DNA of 38,815 nucleotides. It comes from an uncultured Bacteroidales bacterium (lineage in GTDB: Bacteria; Bacteroidota; Bacteroidia; Bacteroidales; Muribaculaceae). The notes under the pieces were generated by a model. The model had not been told where the DNA came from, searched no databases, and saw only the letters and a list, made by a program, of their open reading frames with translations. A program made the translations under genes and the position numbers. The stretch spans positions 1 through 38,815 of the forward strand of contig CADBML010000087.1 in assembly GCA_902795825.1 (NCBI GenBank). The letters run 5' to 3'. Every line of letters begins with the position of its first letter. The stretch's first letter is position 1. Positions 22,231 through 31,319 of this stretch are shown here, in pieces.

Positions 22231-25200
22231 CTAATTGCTGATGGGAATGATGGTGTATTCCAAATCGTTGGCATTGAGCACTTGGAGCAGTTTTTTCGAT
22301 TTTTTCAGTCGTCGGGATGAGCGCATTTTCAGCGAGCGTTGAAGCTGGGGATGCCAGATGTCGAAGGTGAGAGGCATAGCGTCGGCTTCATCGTCGGCTG
22401 AGATTAGCGGCGAGATCTGGTCGGTGATGACGTTGTCAACCTTTTCGATGGGCACACGAATGTCGATGGCGAAATGCCCTGCGCACTCTTCGAGGAGCGA
22501 CACCCGCGTGACATCAAGGCGTGGGGTGGAGGTGGCGAAGCGCCGTCGGTAGCTCATTTCCACCTTTACGGGCGTACCTTTCACACCGAATTTGCCGTAG
22601 TCGTAGAATTGCTTGTCGAAAAGCCTCACATCGAAGCTTCCCTCGAAATCCTCGACTTTCAACACACCGAAGTTGTTGCCCTTCGACGTTTGTTTGACGA
22701 TGTAGTCGGTGACGATACCTGCGAAGGTGAACGTCGAGCCTTCGGCCACGATGCTCTCGGCCGGAAGGGCTTTCATCTGTTGTGTGGAGCTGTTGCACCC
22801 GTAGGTGATATCGAAGTAGAATTTGTCGAGCGGGTGGGCCGAGAGGTACATCCCGACGAGTTCGCGTTCACGGTCGAGGCGTTCGAGGTCGGTCCACATT
22901 TTTGCCGGCGCAATGGCGGGTCGGGCGGCGGTGTTGATGAAGTCGTCGTCGTCGCCGAAGAGCGACATTTCTTGCGAACTTTTATGATTTTGGAACTGTT
23001 GCCCGTAGCGGATAAGCTGCTCTGAGAGAGTCTCGCCGCGATGGTTTTGCTCGAAGAAGTCCTCGCGCTTAATAGCGGGCGCGAAACTGTCGAATGCTCC
23101 CGAAAGGGCGAGCGCTTCGATAAGACGGCGGTTTAGCACCGAACTTGGCACCCGCTCGAAGAAGTTGAAAATGTCGGTGAACGGACCTTCGGCATCGCGT
23201 GTGCCGATGATGTTGTTGATGACGTTGACCCCGACGCCTTTGATGGCAGCCAGTCCGAAACGGATATCGCCGTGGGCGTTGACGCCGAAGCGGGTGAAAC
23301 TTTCGTTGATGTCGGGACCGAGCACGTTGATGTTCATCGTCTTGCACTCGTCCATAAAGAGCGACAGTTTATCGGTGTTGTCGAGGTTACGGCTCAGAAC
23401 GGCTGCCATATATTCGGCAGGATAGTTGGCTTTCAGGTAGGCTGTCTGGAATGCCACCCAGCTGTAGCAAGTGGCGTGGCTCTTGTTGAAAGCGTAGGAA
23501 GCGAATTTCTCCCATTCGCCCCAAATTTTTTCAAGGGCCTTTGCGTCGTGGCCGCGTGCTATTCCACCTTCGAGGAATTTTGCTTTTAAGGCCTGCATTT
23601 TGTCGTGGAGTTTCTTGCCCATGGCCTTGCGGAGGTTGTCGCTTTCGCCGCGAGTGAAACCTGCGAGGAGACGAGAGAGGAGCATCACTTGCTCTTGATA
23701 GACGGTGATGCCGTAAGTGTCCTTGAGATACGACTCCATGATGGGGATGTCGTATTCGATTTTTTCGCGGCCCTGTTTGCGGTCGATGAAGTCGGGAATT
23801 TTGTCCATCGGCCCCGGGCGGTAGAGGGCATTCATGGCAATGAGGTCCTCGAATGTCTGTGGGTGGAGGTTGCGGAGGTGGGTCTGCATTCCGGCCGACT
23901 CGAATTGGAATGTGCCTGTCGTGCGGCCTTCGCAGTAGAGCTGATAAGTTTTCTTGTCGTCGAGCGGTATATTGTCGATGTCAACGTCAATACCCCTTGA
24001 CTTTTTGATGTTCGCGATAGCCTCTTTGATTATCGACAGCGTTTTCAGCCCGAGAAAGTCCATTTTGATGAGACCGGTCTGCTCAATGACGGAGCCTTCG
24101 TATTGGGTGACGAGCATTTTCTCGCCGTCCTTGTCGGTGGCGGTCGAAACGGGCACTTGGTCGGTGATGGGGTAGCGGCCGATGATCACTCCGCAGGCAT
24201 GGACGCCGGTGCTTCTCACGTTGCCTTCGAGCTGACCGGCATATTTGAGCGTTGACCTGACGAGGGGGTCCTTGCTCTCAAGCTCGGCCTGGAACTGAGG
24301 CAGGTACTTGTAGCAGTTGGCGAGAGTCTGCTTGAGCTCTTTTCCCTTGTTGTTAGGGTCTTCCGGCATATGGGCGGGAATGAGTTTGGTGAGCCTGTTG
24401 CTTTCCGCCAGCGATAGTTGCTCCACGCGCGCCACGTCCTTGATGGCCATTTTCGATGCCATGGTGCCGTAGGTGATGATGTGTGCCACTTTGTCGGCAC
24501 CGTATTTGTCGGTGACATACTTGAGCACATCGGCGCGGCCGTCGTCGTCGAAGTCGATATCGATATCGGGCAGGGAGATACGGTCGGGGTTGAGGAAGCG
24601 CTCGAAAAGGAGATCGTATTTTATGGGGTCGATTTGGGTGATGCCGAGGCAGTAAGCCACAGCCGAGCCGGCAGCCGAACCGCGGCCCGGGCCCACCGAT
24701 ACGCCAAGCCTGCGCGCGGCGGCGATAAAGTCCTGCACAATTAGGAAGTAACCGGGGAAACCCATGTTCTTGATGGTTTCCAACTCGAAGTCGAGCCGTT
24801 CGCGCTGCTCGTCGCTAAGCTCCGGCCATCGTTTTTTTGCGCCCTCGTAGGTGAGGTAACGAAGGTAGTCGTCGTTGTCGATGAAGCCTTCGGGCAGGGG
24901 GAAGTTGGGGAGGATGGGATCGTGGTCGATGGAGTAAATTTCAGTCTTGTCGAGAATCTCAAGGGTGTTCGACAAGGCTTCGGGAATGTCGGCAAACACG
25001 CGGTTCATCTCTTCCTGGGTTTTAAACCATTCCTGCTTGGTGTAGAGCATACGGTTTTCGTCGGTCACGAATTTGTTGGTCGATACGCAGATAAGCCGGT
25101 CGTGAGCCTCAGCGTCGTCCTCGTTGACGAAGTGGACGTCGTTGGTACAGATGAGTTTGATGCCGTGTTTGCGTGCCATCTCAATGAGCACGGGGTTCAC

Positions 25201-25899
25201 CTGCTGCTGGCGTTCGTAGGTGTCGTGGGCGGCTCGCTCGACGGTGGCCTTGTGGCGTTGTAGCTCAAGGTAGTAGTCATCGCCGAAAGTATCCTTCCAC
25301 CATAGTATTTGCTTCTCGGCTTCCTGAATTTGCCCATCGGCAATGAGGCGCGGAATTTCACCACCCAGACAAGCCGAACAGACAATCAGTCCCTCGCGAT
25401 GTGCGGCAAGGGCGGCCTTGTCGGTGCGCGGGTGGGAGTAGAAGCCTTCTGTCCACGCTTGCGACACGACTTTTATGAGGTTGTGGTAGCCTGTCTCGTT
25501 TTTTGCCAGCACGATGAGGTGGCGTCCGGTGTCGCGTTTATCGACATGCTCGTGGAGCGACTTGTCGGCCACATACATCTCGCACCCGAATATGGGCTTG
25601 AAGATTTTCGTCTCAAGCTCGGCAATCTCCGCGGCGGCGGCTTCGGCTCCGGCGGTGTCGCCAGATTTCTCGGCTTCTTCTTTGCGCTTTTTCGCATCTT
25701 TGATGGCCGCTAAGGTGCCGCCGTTTTTCTTGTTGACATAGTCGTGGAGTTCCTTGATACCGAACATATTGCCGTGGTCGGTCAGGGCCATTCCGCGCAT
25801 GCCGTCGGCGATGGCTTTATCGACCAACCCGCTAATCGACGCCTGTCCGTCGAGAATGGAATATTGCGAGTGTACGTGTAGATGAACGAATGGTGTCAT
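22231..25899 (-). CDS. dnaE: DNA polymerase III alpha subunit
   Basis: The PHP domain starts at MTPFVHLHVHSQYSILDG, and the polymerase core and OB-fold tail follow. I trimmed the start from the track's 25998 to the ATG at 25899. Confidence 0.95.
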   Translation of the reverse strand: MTPFVHLHVHSQYSILDGQASISGLVDKAIADGMRGMALTDHGNMFGIKELHDYVNKKNGGTLAAIKDAKKRKEEAEKSGDTAGAEAAAAEIAELETKIFKPIFGCEMYVADKSLHEHVDKRDTGRHLIVLAKNETGYHNLIKVVSQAWTEGFYSHPRTDKAALAAHREGLIVCSACLGGEIPRLIADGQIQEAEKQILWWKDTFGDDYYLELQRHKATVERAAHDTYERQQQVNPVLIEMARKHGIKLICTNDVHFVNEDDAEAHDRLICVSTNKFVTDENRMLYTKQEWFKTQEEMNRVFADIPEALSNTLEILDKTEIYSIDHDPILPNFPLPEGFIDNDDYLRYLTYEGAKKRWPELSDEQRERLDFELETIKNMGFPGYFLIVQDFIAAARRLGVSVGPGRGSAAGSAVAYCLGITQIDPIKYDLLFERFLNPDRISLPDIDIDFDDDGRADVLKYVTDKYGADKVAHIITYGTMASKMAIKDVARVEQLSLAESNRLTKLIPAHMPEDPNNKGKELKQTLANCYKYLPQFQAELESKDPLVRSTLKYAGQLEGNVRSTGVHACGVIIGRYPITDQVPVSTATDKDGEKMLVTQYEGSVIEQTGLIKMDFLGLKTLSIIKEAIANIKKSRGIDVDIDNIPLDDKKTYQLYCEGRTTGTFQFESAGMQTHLRNLHPQTFEDLIAMNALYRPGPMDKIPDFIDRKQGREKIEYDIPIMESYLKDTYGITVYQEQVMLLSRLLAGFTRGESDNLRKAMGKKLHDKMQALKAKFLEGGIARGHDAKALEKIWGEWEKFASYAFNKSHATCYSWVAFQTAYLKANYPAEYMAAVLSRNLDNTDKLSLFMDECKTMNINVLGPDINESFTRFGVNAHGDIRFGLAAIKGVGVNVINNIIGTRDAEGPFTDIFNFFERVPSSVLNRRLIEALALSGAFDSFAPAIKREDFFEQNHRGETLSEQLIRYGQQFQNHKSSQEMSLFGDDDDFINTAARPAIAPAKMWTDLERLDRERELVGMYLSAHPLDKFYFDITYGCNSSTQQMKALPAESIVAEGSTFTFAGIVTDYIVKQTSKGNNFGVLKVEDFEGSFDVRLFDKQFYDYGKFGVKGTPVKVEMSYRRRFATSTPRLDVTRVSLLEECAGHFAIDIRVPIEKVDNVITDQISPLISADDEADAMPLTFDIWHPQLQRSLKMRSSRRLKKSKKLLQVLNANDLEYTIIPISN

Positions 25900-25965
25900 A
25901 TCGTTGTTTCCGTCGGATTGTTTTAGGTGAAAAATGGGTGGCGCGAACGGGCGCTTCCCGAATTG

Positions 25966-25973
25966 CAAAGTTA
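25966..25973 (-). promoter_or_regulatory. -7 box (TAACTTTG on the minus strand) for dnaE-trxA
   Basis: Exact TAnnTTTG match about 67 nt upstream of the dnaE ATG. Confidence 0.5.
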
Positions 25974-26196
25974 CGAAAACTCCCAAACTTTTCCTCACAC
26001 TTTCCCAAAATAGTTATTAACATTCCACCACCCTTTGCCAGTTGAATCTGCAGACGAAACTCAATATCTGAAGATTTCTGAAATTTTGACGTTGTTGCGA
26101 TAAAAAACGCTTTTGTTTTGTATATTTTCCAATAATGTTTATTTTTTGTGAGAATAAATTGGAAATCCGGATAATATCATTCAATACAAATTGATT

Positions 26197-26669
26197 ATGA
26201 AACGTATATTCTCGTTTATTGTGCTCGTGCTTGTCGGAGGTTTCGCTTTTATGTCGTTTGCCGATGATAATCAAATTTAAGAATTAAAAGTGGCGGCAGA
26301 ACGCGGTGACGATGTTGCCCAAACTAATTTGGGATTGTACTACGAGATGGGCTACGGAGTCAAGAAAAATCCCGACAAAGCTATATATTGGTGGAAAAAG
26401 CCGCCGAGCAGGGCAATGTGGTTGCACAGTTCAATTTAGGCAATTGCTACTACAGCGGCAAGGGCGTGAAAAAGAATCTAAAAAAAACTGTGTATTGGTG
26501 GGAAAAAGCCGCCAATGGGGGATATGTTATGTCTCAGTATTATTTAGCCTCGTGTTATGAAAATGGAGAGGGTGTTGAACGAGATATATCGAAGGCAAAA
26601 TACTGGTATAAAAAAGCGGCGGAAAAGGGGGATTCTGAAGCGAAAAAAGCGCTTGAGAAATTGGAATAG
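26197..26669 (+). pseudogene. Sel1-repeat (SLR) secreted protein, disrupted by a nonsense codon and a frameshift
   Basis: The signal peptide MKRIFSFIVLVLVGGFAFMSFADDNQI is followed by an in-frame TAA (26278-26280). The same frame then continues as Sel1 repeats (AAERGDDVAQTNLGLYYEMGYGVKKNPDKAIYWWKK). A 1-nt shift at about 26393-26400 leads into the frame of ORF 26388-26669 (AAEQGNVVAQFNLGNCYY...). Confidence 0.65.
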
Positions 26670-26709
26670 TAACGCAAGTTTCTAAAGTGAATGAAACTTG
26701 TTCAATTCA

Positions 26710-26906
26710 CTACCCCTCAGTTGTTTTGTGACATGTTCATGTTTCCGCCAAATCGGTATCGCCTCGGCAGGATTCTACCCATCCGGCTCTTTGAGCCACG
26801 GTTTGCTTCGCACCCAATAGGCATCGCCTCGGCTGGGTTCTACCCCTCCGTCGGCTTCGCCGACATCTCCCCTGCTAGGGGAGGATTTTCGCAAGCTTGA
26901 CATTCT
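26710..26906 (-). repeat. GC-rich REP-like element, copy D (inverted orientation)
   Basis: Its reverse complement is AGAATGTCAAGCTTGCGAAAATCCTCCCCTAGCAGGGGAG..GTCGGCGAAGCCGACGGAGGGGTAGAACC.AGCCGAGGCGATG...GGCTCAAAGAGCCGGATGGGTAGAAT... This is colinear with 20838-20965. Confidence 0.85.
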
Positions 26907-26955
26907 ACACTAAGCTCGCACGATTCTTCCCACTATTATAAATTCATGTCAACTC

Positions 26956-26995
26956 AGGTGCGGAAACAACTACTTTTTATGCACTTTCCGCACCT
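26956..26995 (+). other. isolated 11-bp-stem hairpin
   Basis: AGGTGCGGAAA (26956-26966) pairs with TTTCCGCACCT (26985-26995) around an 18-nt loop, followed by AAGTTTGTTATTT. It may be a weak terminator or a further repeat fragment. Confidence 0.35.
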
Positions 26996-27080
26996 AAGTT
27001 TGTTATTTCACATAAATTATTTTTGAATTAAATTATATGGATGATTTGGTTCATTGGTTAATTCCTGTGTTTTCATTTTG

Positions 27081-27555
27081 ACAAAAACAATAAAAACACT
27101 TTTACTGATTTCAATCTTTTCAAGACAATCGGTTAGTGTTGATGGCGGATGCCCGTAAACAAGTTTACGTCATTTACCACCAACACCAACCGACGCATTA
27201 TATGCGTTGAAATCAGTAAAAGCAAAAACCAAAAAAACGGTTTGGGTTGTGTTATGGGATACAGTAAAAGCGCAGGTCTGATGACTATTTCCATACCGAC
27301 AATGATGATTTGGTGAAGTGTAAAGCTGTTCCTAATCTGTGTGAACGTTATTATTATGGACAAGGGAACAGAGAATATGTATATGTTGCGACGTCGCGGC
27401 TTTTTTTTGTTTTTGCTTGGAAGTGCTGCCAGCCAAAGACTGTTCTGCGACATTCGGGCAAGGGCTGTTATGCTCGCATAAACAGAACTTGAGCGAATGG
27501 CTCAGAATGGGCTCATAGAGCCAGCTGCACTTCCAAGTGTTTTTATTGTTTTTGT
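27081..27555. mobile_element. TIR-bounded non-coding structured element (MITE-like), copy 2
   Basis: Termini 27081-27101 and 27535-27555 are 21/21 complementary. It has the same compound hairpin (27099-27222) and right-hand domain (27416-27426 / 27527-27537) as copy 1, and lies in direct orientation relative to copy 1. Confidence 0.7.
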
Positions 27556-27580
27556 TTCTTTAGCGCGGTGTTTGTCGCTG

Positions 27581-28699
27581 TTATTTCTCTTTTTCGATTT
27601 GCTTGATGAGGGCGACGTTGAACCGCTCGATGTCGGTCAGAACGACAGCCTTGCCCGACTGTTTATACCACGGCTGGGCATTGAAGTAGTCTTGGACTTC
27701 GGATTCGGCGAAATTGTCGCCATGGCGTGCATAGATTTCACAACGCATCATCTTGAGAACCTCCTTCGGCAAAAGGCGAAGGATGGAGTGGGTGAGCGGC
27801 ATGGCTGACGCTACTCCGTAGATGCCGGGGATTTCGTCATACGGCGTTTCGACGATTTTGAGCATGGCGTTTTCTCCAAAACGCGGGTTGTGGTCAACAA
27901 ACTTTTGATCGCGAATTGTTTTCACGTCAAGACCGCCCAAGATAGGGGTGACGCGGATGGTCATCGGACCCATAAGCGCTCCGGCTCCGCCGCCACCGGG
28001 CATTTTGCCGTATTTGGGACTGCTGGGGTCGCCGTGGCTGACACGACCTTCGCCATATTCGATGTCGAACGATTTGTGGTCGTCGTTGATGGTTAAGCGG
28101 TAATGCGCACCGGGGTCGCCTGCCCACTTCATGTCGGAATAGTGCTCCATTTTCGGCCCGAACAGTGCATGTTCACCATTTTCGAGGACGTAGTTGCCGG
28201 CGAGAACTCTGCGAAGGAACACATAGCGCCAGTCGGATTGGATATCATTTTGGCCGATTTTGTAGAATGCTTTAATGGGTGTGCCGGCAGCGTTTCGTTC
28301 TACGAGCATTATGTAGTTCCCAAGCCGTTCAACTGAATATTTCGCGCCTTTGATGCTTTTCGAAACCACTTGTCGGCCGACCACTTTGTTGTCAGCAATG
28401 GGGTTGCCCAATTTTCCGTCGTACTCACCGTATATGTTAAGCGCGAGTCGGTGGTCAATCTCATCGTAAACAGTTTGGAATGCCTGAACTCCGCAAGTCC
28501 ATGTTATGACGGAATCCAAAAGATGTTTCTTGGTGGAAAGGATTGCGCGCTTCGTGTTGCGGACGGCTTGGTCGGATTTGACCGATTCGATGAACGCCTC
28601 ATTCGTTTCGTCGGTATTGTATCGGCTGCGTGAATTGGCGTCGGGAGCGATTGCCGAGGCCGCTATTAACACTGCAATTGAAAAAATTAGTCGGTTCAT
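27581..28699 (-). CDS. secreted YARHG-domain protein
   Basis: 372 aa with a signal peptide. The C-terminal motif MMRCEIYARHGDNF...YF is the YARHG domain signature. Confidence 0.8.
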   Translation of the reverse strand: MNRLIFSIAVLIAASAIAPDANSRSRYNTDETNEAFIESVKSDQAVRNTKRAILSTKKHLLDSVITWTCGVQAFQTVYDEIDHRLALNIYGEYDGKLGNPIADNKVVGRQVVSKSIKGAKYSVERLGNYIMLVERNAAGTPIKAFYKIGQNDIQSDWRYVFLRRVLAGNYVLENGEHALFGPKMEHYSDMKWAGDPGAHYRLTINDDHKSFDIEYGEGRVSHGDPSSPKYGKMPGGGGAGALMGPMTIRVTPILGGLDVKTIRDQKFVDHNPRFGENAMLKIVETPYDEIPGIYGVASAMPLTHSILRLLPKEVLKMMRCEIYARHGDNFAESEVQDYFNAQPWYKQSGKAVVLTDIERFNVALIKQIEKEK

Positions 28700-28795
28700 G
28701 ATATTGTCGGAAATAAATAGTTGTTCTTTGTGACTAAGGTAGGATATTATTTCGGCATATTCAAATTTTTGTGAGAAAACCGCCGAAAAATAGTG

Positions 28796-28828
28796 GACAA
28801 AAAAGCCCTGCCGGATAGGGCAGGGCTT
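28796..28828 (-). terminator. intrinsic terminator of the AT3/SGNH-GH13 unit
   Basis: Stem AAGCCCTGCC/GGCAGGGCTT (28803-28812 / 28819-28828), followed on the minus strand by TTTTTTG. Confidence 0.8.
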
Positions 28829-28867
28829 TGATATAAGGGCGGTTGAAAACCGATTCGAGCAAAATCG

Positions 28868-31303
28868 TTATTTCACGAAGACTTTGTATTCGCCGGGTTT
28901 GAGGCTCGTGGGAAGCGCTTTGGCACGTTTGCCGGCGAAGTAGTCGGTCATGCCCTTAACATCGGGTGCGTTTGCTTTACACTTGACCGCTTGTTTGTCC
29001 TTGCCGAGATTGACTACTGTGACCACTTCGTTGCCGTCGAGACGACGCGAGAAGAGGAAAATGTCGGGGCTTTCGGTAGGATAGACGGTGACTTCCGTTT
29101 CGCCACGTCCTGCACGCAGGGCCTTGTTGGCGTGCTTGAGGGCGTTAAGTCGTTGGTAGAATTTGAAGTATTCATTTCGGGCATCGATTCCTTTGACTGG
29201 GTCGTGCTGGAAGAATTCAATGGCCTTGTTATAGCCGATTTCCTGGCCGGTGTAGATGAGCGGCATGCCGGGGAGAGTGTAGGTGAGCACGGCAAAGGCG
29301 TTAGCGAGGTTGCCGAGGCGGTCGAATTCTGTTCCTTCCCACGATGAGAGGTCGTGGTTGGTAATCATTTCCATCGTGTAGGAGTCGGCGGGGAAGGCGA
29401 GGCGCTGCTTATGGAGCAGGTCGCCGATGGCTGAGGCATGGGTCTCGGGGAACGTGCGCATTGGTTCGCCTTCTTTTATAAAGGTGTATTGGCCTGAAGT
29501 GTAGGCGATTGCCGAGAAGAGATCCTTCATAGGCCAGTTGTAGTTCATGTCGAATGCCTGTTCGAGCAGGTCGGTTTTTTCGCCGTCTTCGGCGAGCATA
29601 AACATAGGCTTGACCTTGTTGAGGCGTTCACGTGCATAGTTCCAAAATTCGGTGGGCACAAGGCCTGCCACGTCGCAGCGGAAGCCATCGACATCGTATT
29701 TGGTTACCCAGAATTTCATTGATGCGAGCATTCCTGCCCAGATGTCGCGGTTGGAATAGTCGAGTTGATAGACGTCGGTCCAGTCGTAAGGTCCGTACAT
29801 TTCGCCTTTGTCGTTGCGGGCGTACCACGACGGATGTTCCTTCACCCACGGGTTGTCGCAACCGGTGTGGTTTGGCACCCAGTCGAGGATGACTTTCATG
29901 CCGAGACGGTGGGCTTCGTCGATTACCTTCTTAAACTCTTCGATAGTGCCGAATTCGGGGTTGAATTGGCAGTAGTTTTTGACGGCGTAATAGCTTCCGA
30001 GTTCGCCCTTGCGGTTAAGTTGCGATATGGGAAACACTGGCATGAACCAAAGGATATCGACGCCGAGTTCTTTCAGACGTGGCAGATGGCGACCGAAGTC
30101 GGTCACCGACGATGTGGAAGTGTATTGGCGGAGATTGACCTCGTAGATTGAGGCGTTTCGGCTCCATTCGGGGTGGTCTATGCGGGAGAGAAGGCGACTG
30201 AGCACGGGTGTGACCTTTTCGGCGTAGTATTTGAAGCCGAGGTCGGTGAGGTGGATTCCATCGACAGTGCCATCGTCTTCAACTCCGTCGAGGTTCTCGC
30301 AGTCGATGTAGTAGAGGTTGTCGGGGTTCTCGGCTTTCAGCCTCTCGTAGTTGCGGCGATAAGCGTTGTTCTTGCGCTCGAGATAATAATGTGACGAATA
30401 GCTCTTAGGCGAAGCGTCGTAGCGCGAATAGGGGTAAATCGGGCCTTCAACCATCACGATTGGCACTTCCGGGCGGGCTTTGCGCAGGATGTTGACGAAG
30501 TCGTAGGTGAGCGTGTCGCACATCATTTCGGTGCAGTTCGGGATGGGGTCGAGCAGGAAGATGTCGGCATCTTCGATTTCGGCCATGGCGCGTGCCATGC
30601 AGAAGTCCATTTTGCCTTCGCCGGAGATTCCGATGTTCACCACTTCGCAGTCGAGAGCGCGTTGGATGATATTGGTTGCCGCCATTCCCGAGCGCGAAGC
30701 GCAGCCGCCCTGAAGGATGCTCGTGCCGTAGGCGACGATTTTCTTTCCGCGTCGTGGCGAATTGACTGTGCCGGAGCTGATTGTGGCATCGTCGTCAATG
30801 CCGACGTAGAGTTCTTCCACTCCGTCGTAGAGTGGCAAATAGATGATGAAATCGTGCATCCGGCCGTCGAGGTTTTCGACGTAGGTTTTTTCGCACCAGC
30901 GGAGGCTGTCGGCGTTCGGGCGGTTGGTGTTGACGTGTCGCCATTCGCCGTCGTCAAGGATGTAGAGGTCGGTGCCATTTGATCCGGTGGGCGCCATGTG
31001 GAGCATGTGGGTGTTCCAAAGGAGACGGTAGCGCACAGCCACGCGCTTAGAATCGGTGGCGAAGCGTACGCCGATTCCCGATGAGCATTGGGAGCGCGAC
31101 CATAGGTCGGGGCGTACGGAATCTTTCAGATAGGCGGGGATGCGGGTGTAGTCACGGAGGGTGTTGTTCCACCCTTTGTTGATGATGCGCAGTTCTTGCG
31201 CGTTGACATACTTCAGCGGGGCGGCTTTCTCTTCAGCTTGCAGATAACCTGCGAAAAGGGCAATCGCCGCTGCCGCAACAAATAATTTCTTTAAGAGTTT
31301 CAT
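28868..31303 (-). CDS. fusion protein: N-terminal GxDLY/SGNH-type esterase domain plus C-terminal GH13 alpha-amylase-family domain
   Basis: 811 aa with a signal peptide. The N-terminal half has GTDLY, GTSILQGG (nucleophile Ser) and DGIHLTD (Asp/His). The C-terminal half has GH13 regions VILDWVPNH, DGFRCDVAG, MLAED and ITNHD. Confidence 0.85.
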   Translation of the reverse strand: MKLLKKLFVAAAAIALFAGYLQAEEKAAPLKYVNAQELRIINKGWNNTLRDYTRIPAYLKDSVRPDLWSRSQCSSGIGVRFATDSKRVAVRYRLLWNTHMLHMAPTGSNGTDLYILDDGEWRHVNTNRPNADSLRWCEKTYVENLDGRMHDFIIYLPLYDGVEELYVGIDDDATISSGTVNSPRRGKKIVAYGTSILQGGCASRSGMAATNIIQRALDCEVVNIGISGEGKMDFCMARAMAEIEDADIFLLDPIPNCTEMMCDTLTYDFVNILRKARPEVPIVMVEGPIYPYSRYDASPKSYSSHYYLERKNNAYRRNYERLKAENPDNLYYIDCENLDGVEDDGTVDGIHLTDLGFKYYAEKVTPVLSRLLSRIDHPEWSRNASIYEVNLRQYTSTSSVTDFGRHLPRLKELGVDILWFMPVFPISQLNRKGELGSYYAVKNYCQFNPEFGTIEEFKKVIDEAHRLGMKVILDWVPNHTGCDNPWVKEHPSWYARNDKGEMYGPYDWTDVYQLDYSNRDIWAGMLASMKFWVTKYDVDGFRCDVAGLVPTEFWNYARERLNKVKPMFMLAEDGEKTDLLEQAFDMNYNWPMKDLFSAIAYTSGQYTFIKEGEPMRTFPETHASAIGDLLHKQRLAFPADSYTMEMITNHDLSSWEGTEFDRLGNLANAFAVLTYTLPGMPLIYTGQEIGYNKAIEFFQHDPVKGIDARNEYFKFYQRLNALKHANKALRAGRGETEVTVYPTESPDIFLFSRRLDGNEVVTVVNLGKDKQAVKCKANAPDVKGMTDYFAGKRAKALPTSLKPGEYKVFVK

Positions 31304-31319
31304 TATCGTAGATTTAAAG

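Noticed and set aside
25900-25998. N-terminal extensions proposed by the ORF track for dnaE (25998), xer (34021), rpsO (19241), tyrA (17005) and pheA (13602).
   Set aside because: The extensions run through promoters, terminators or upstream genes and add non-conserved residues. Internal ATGs coincide with the canonical family N-termini.
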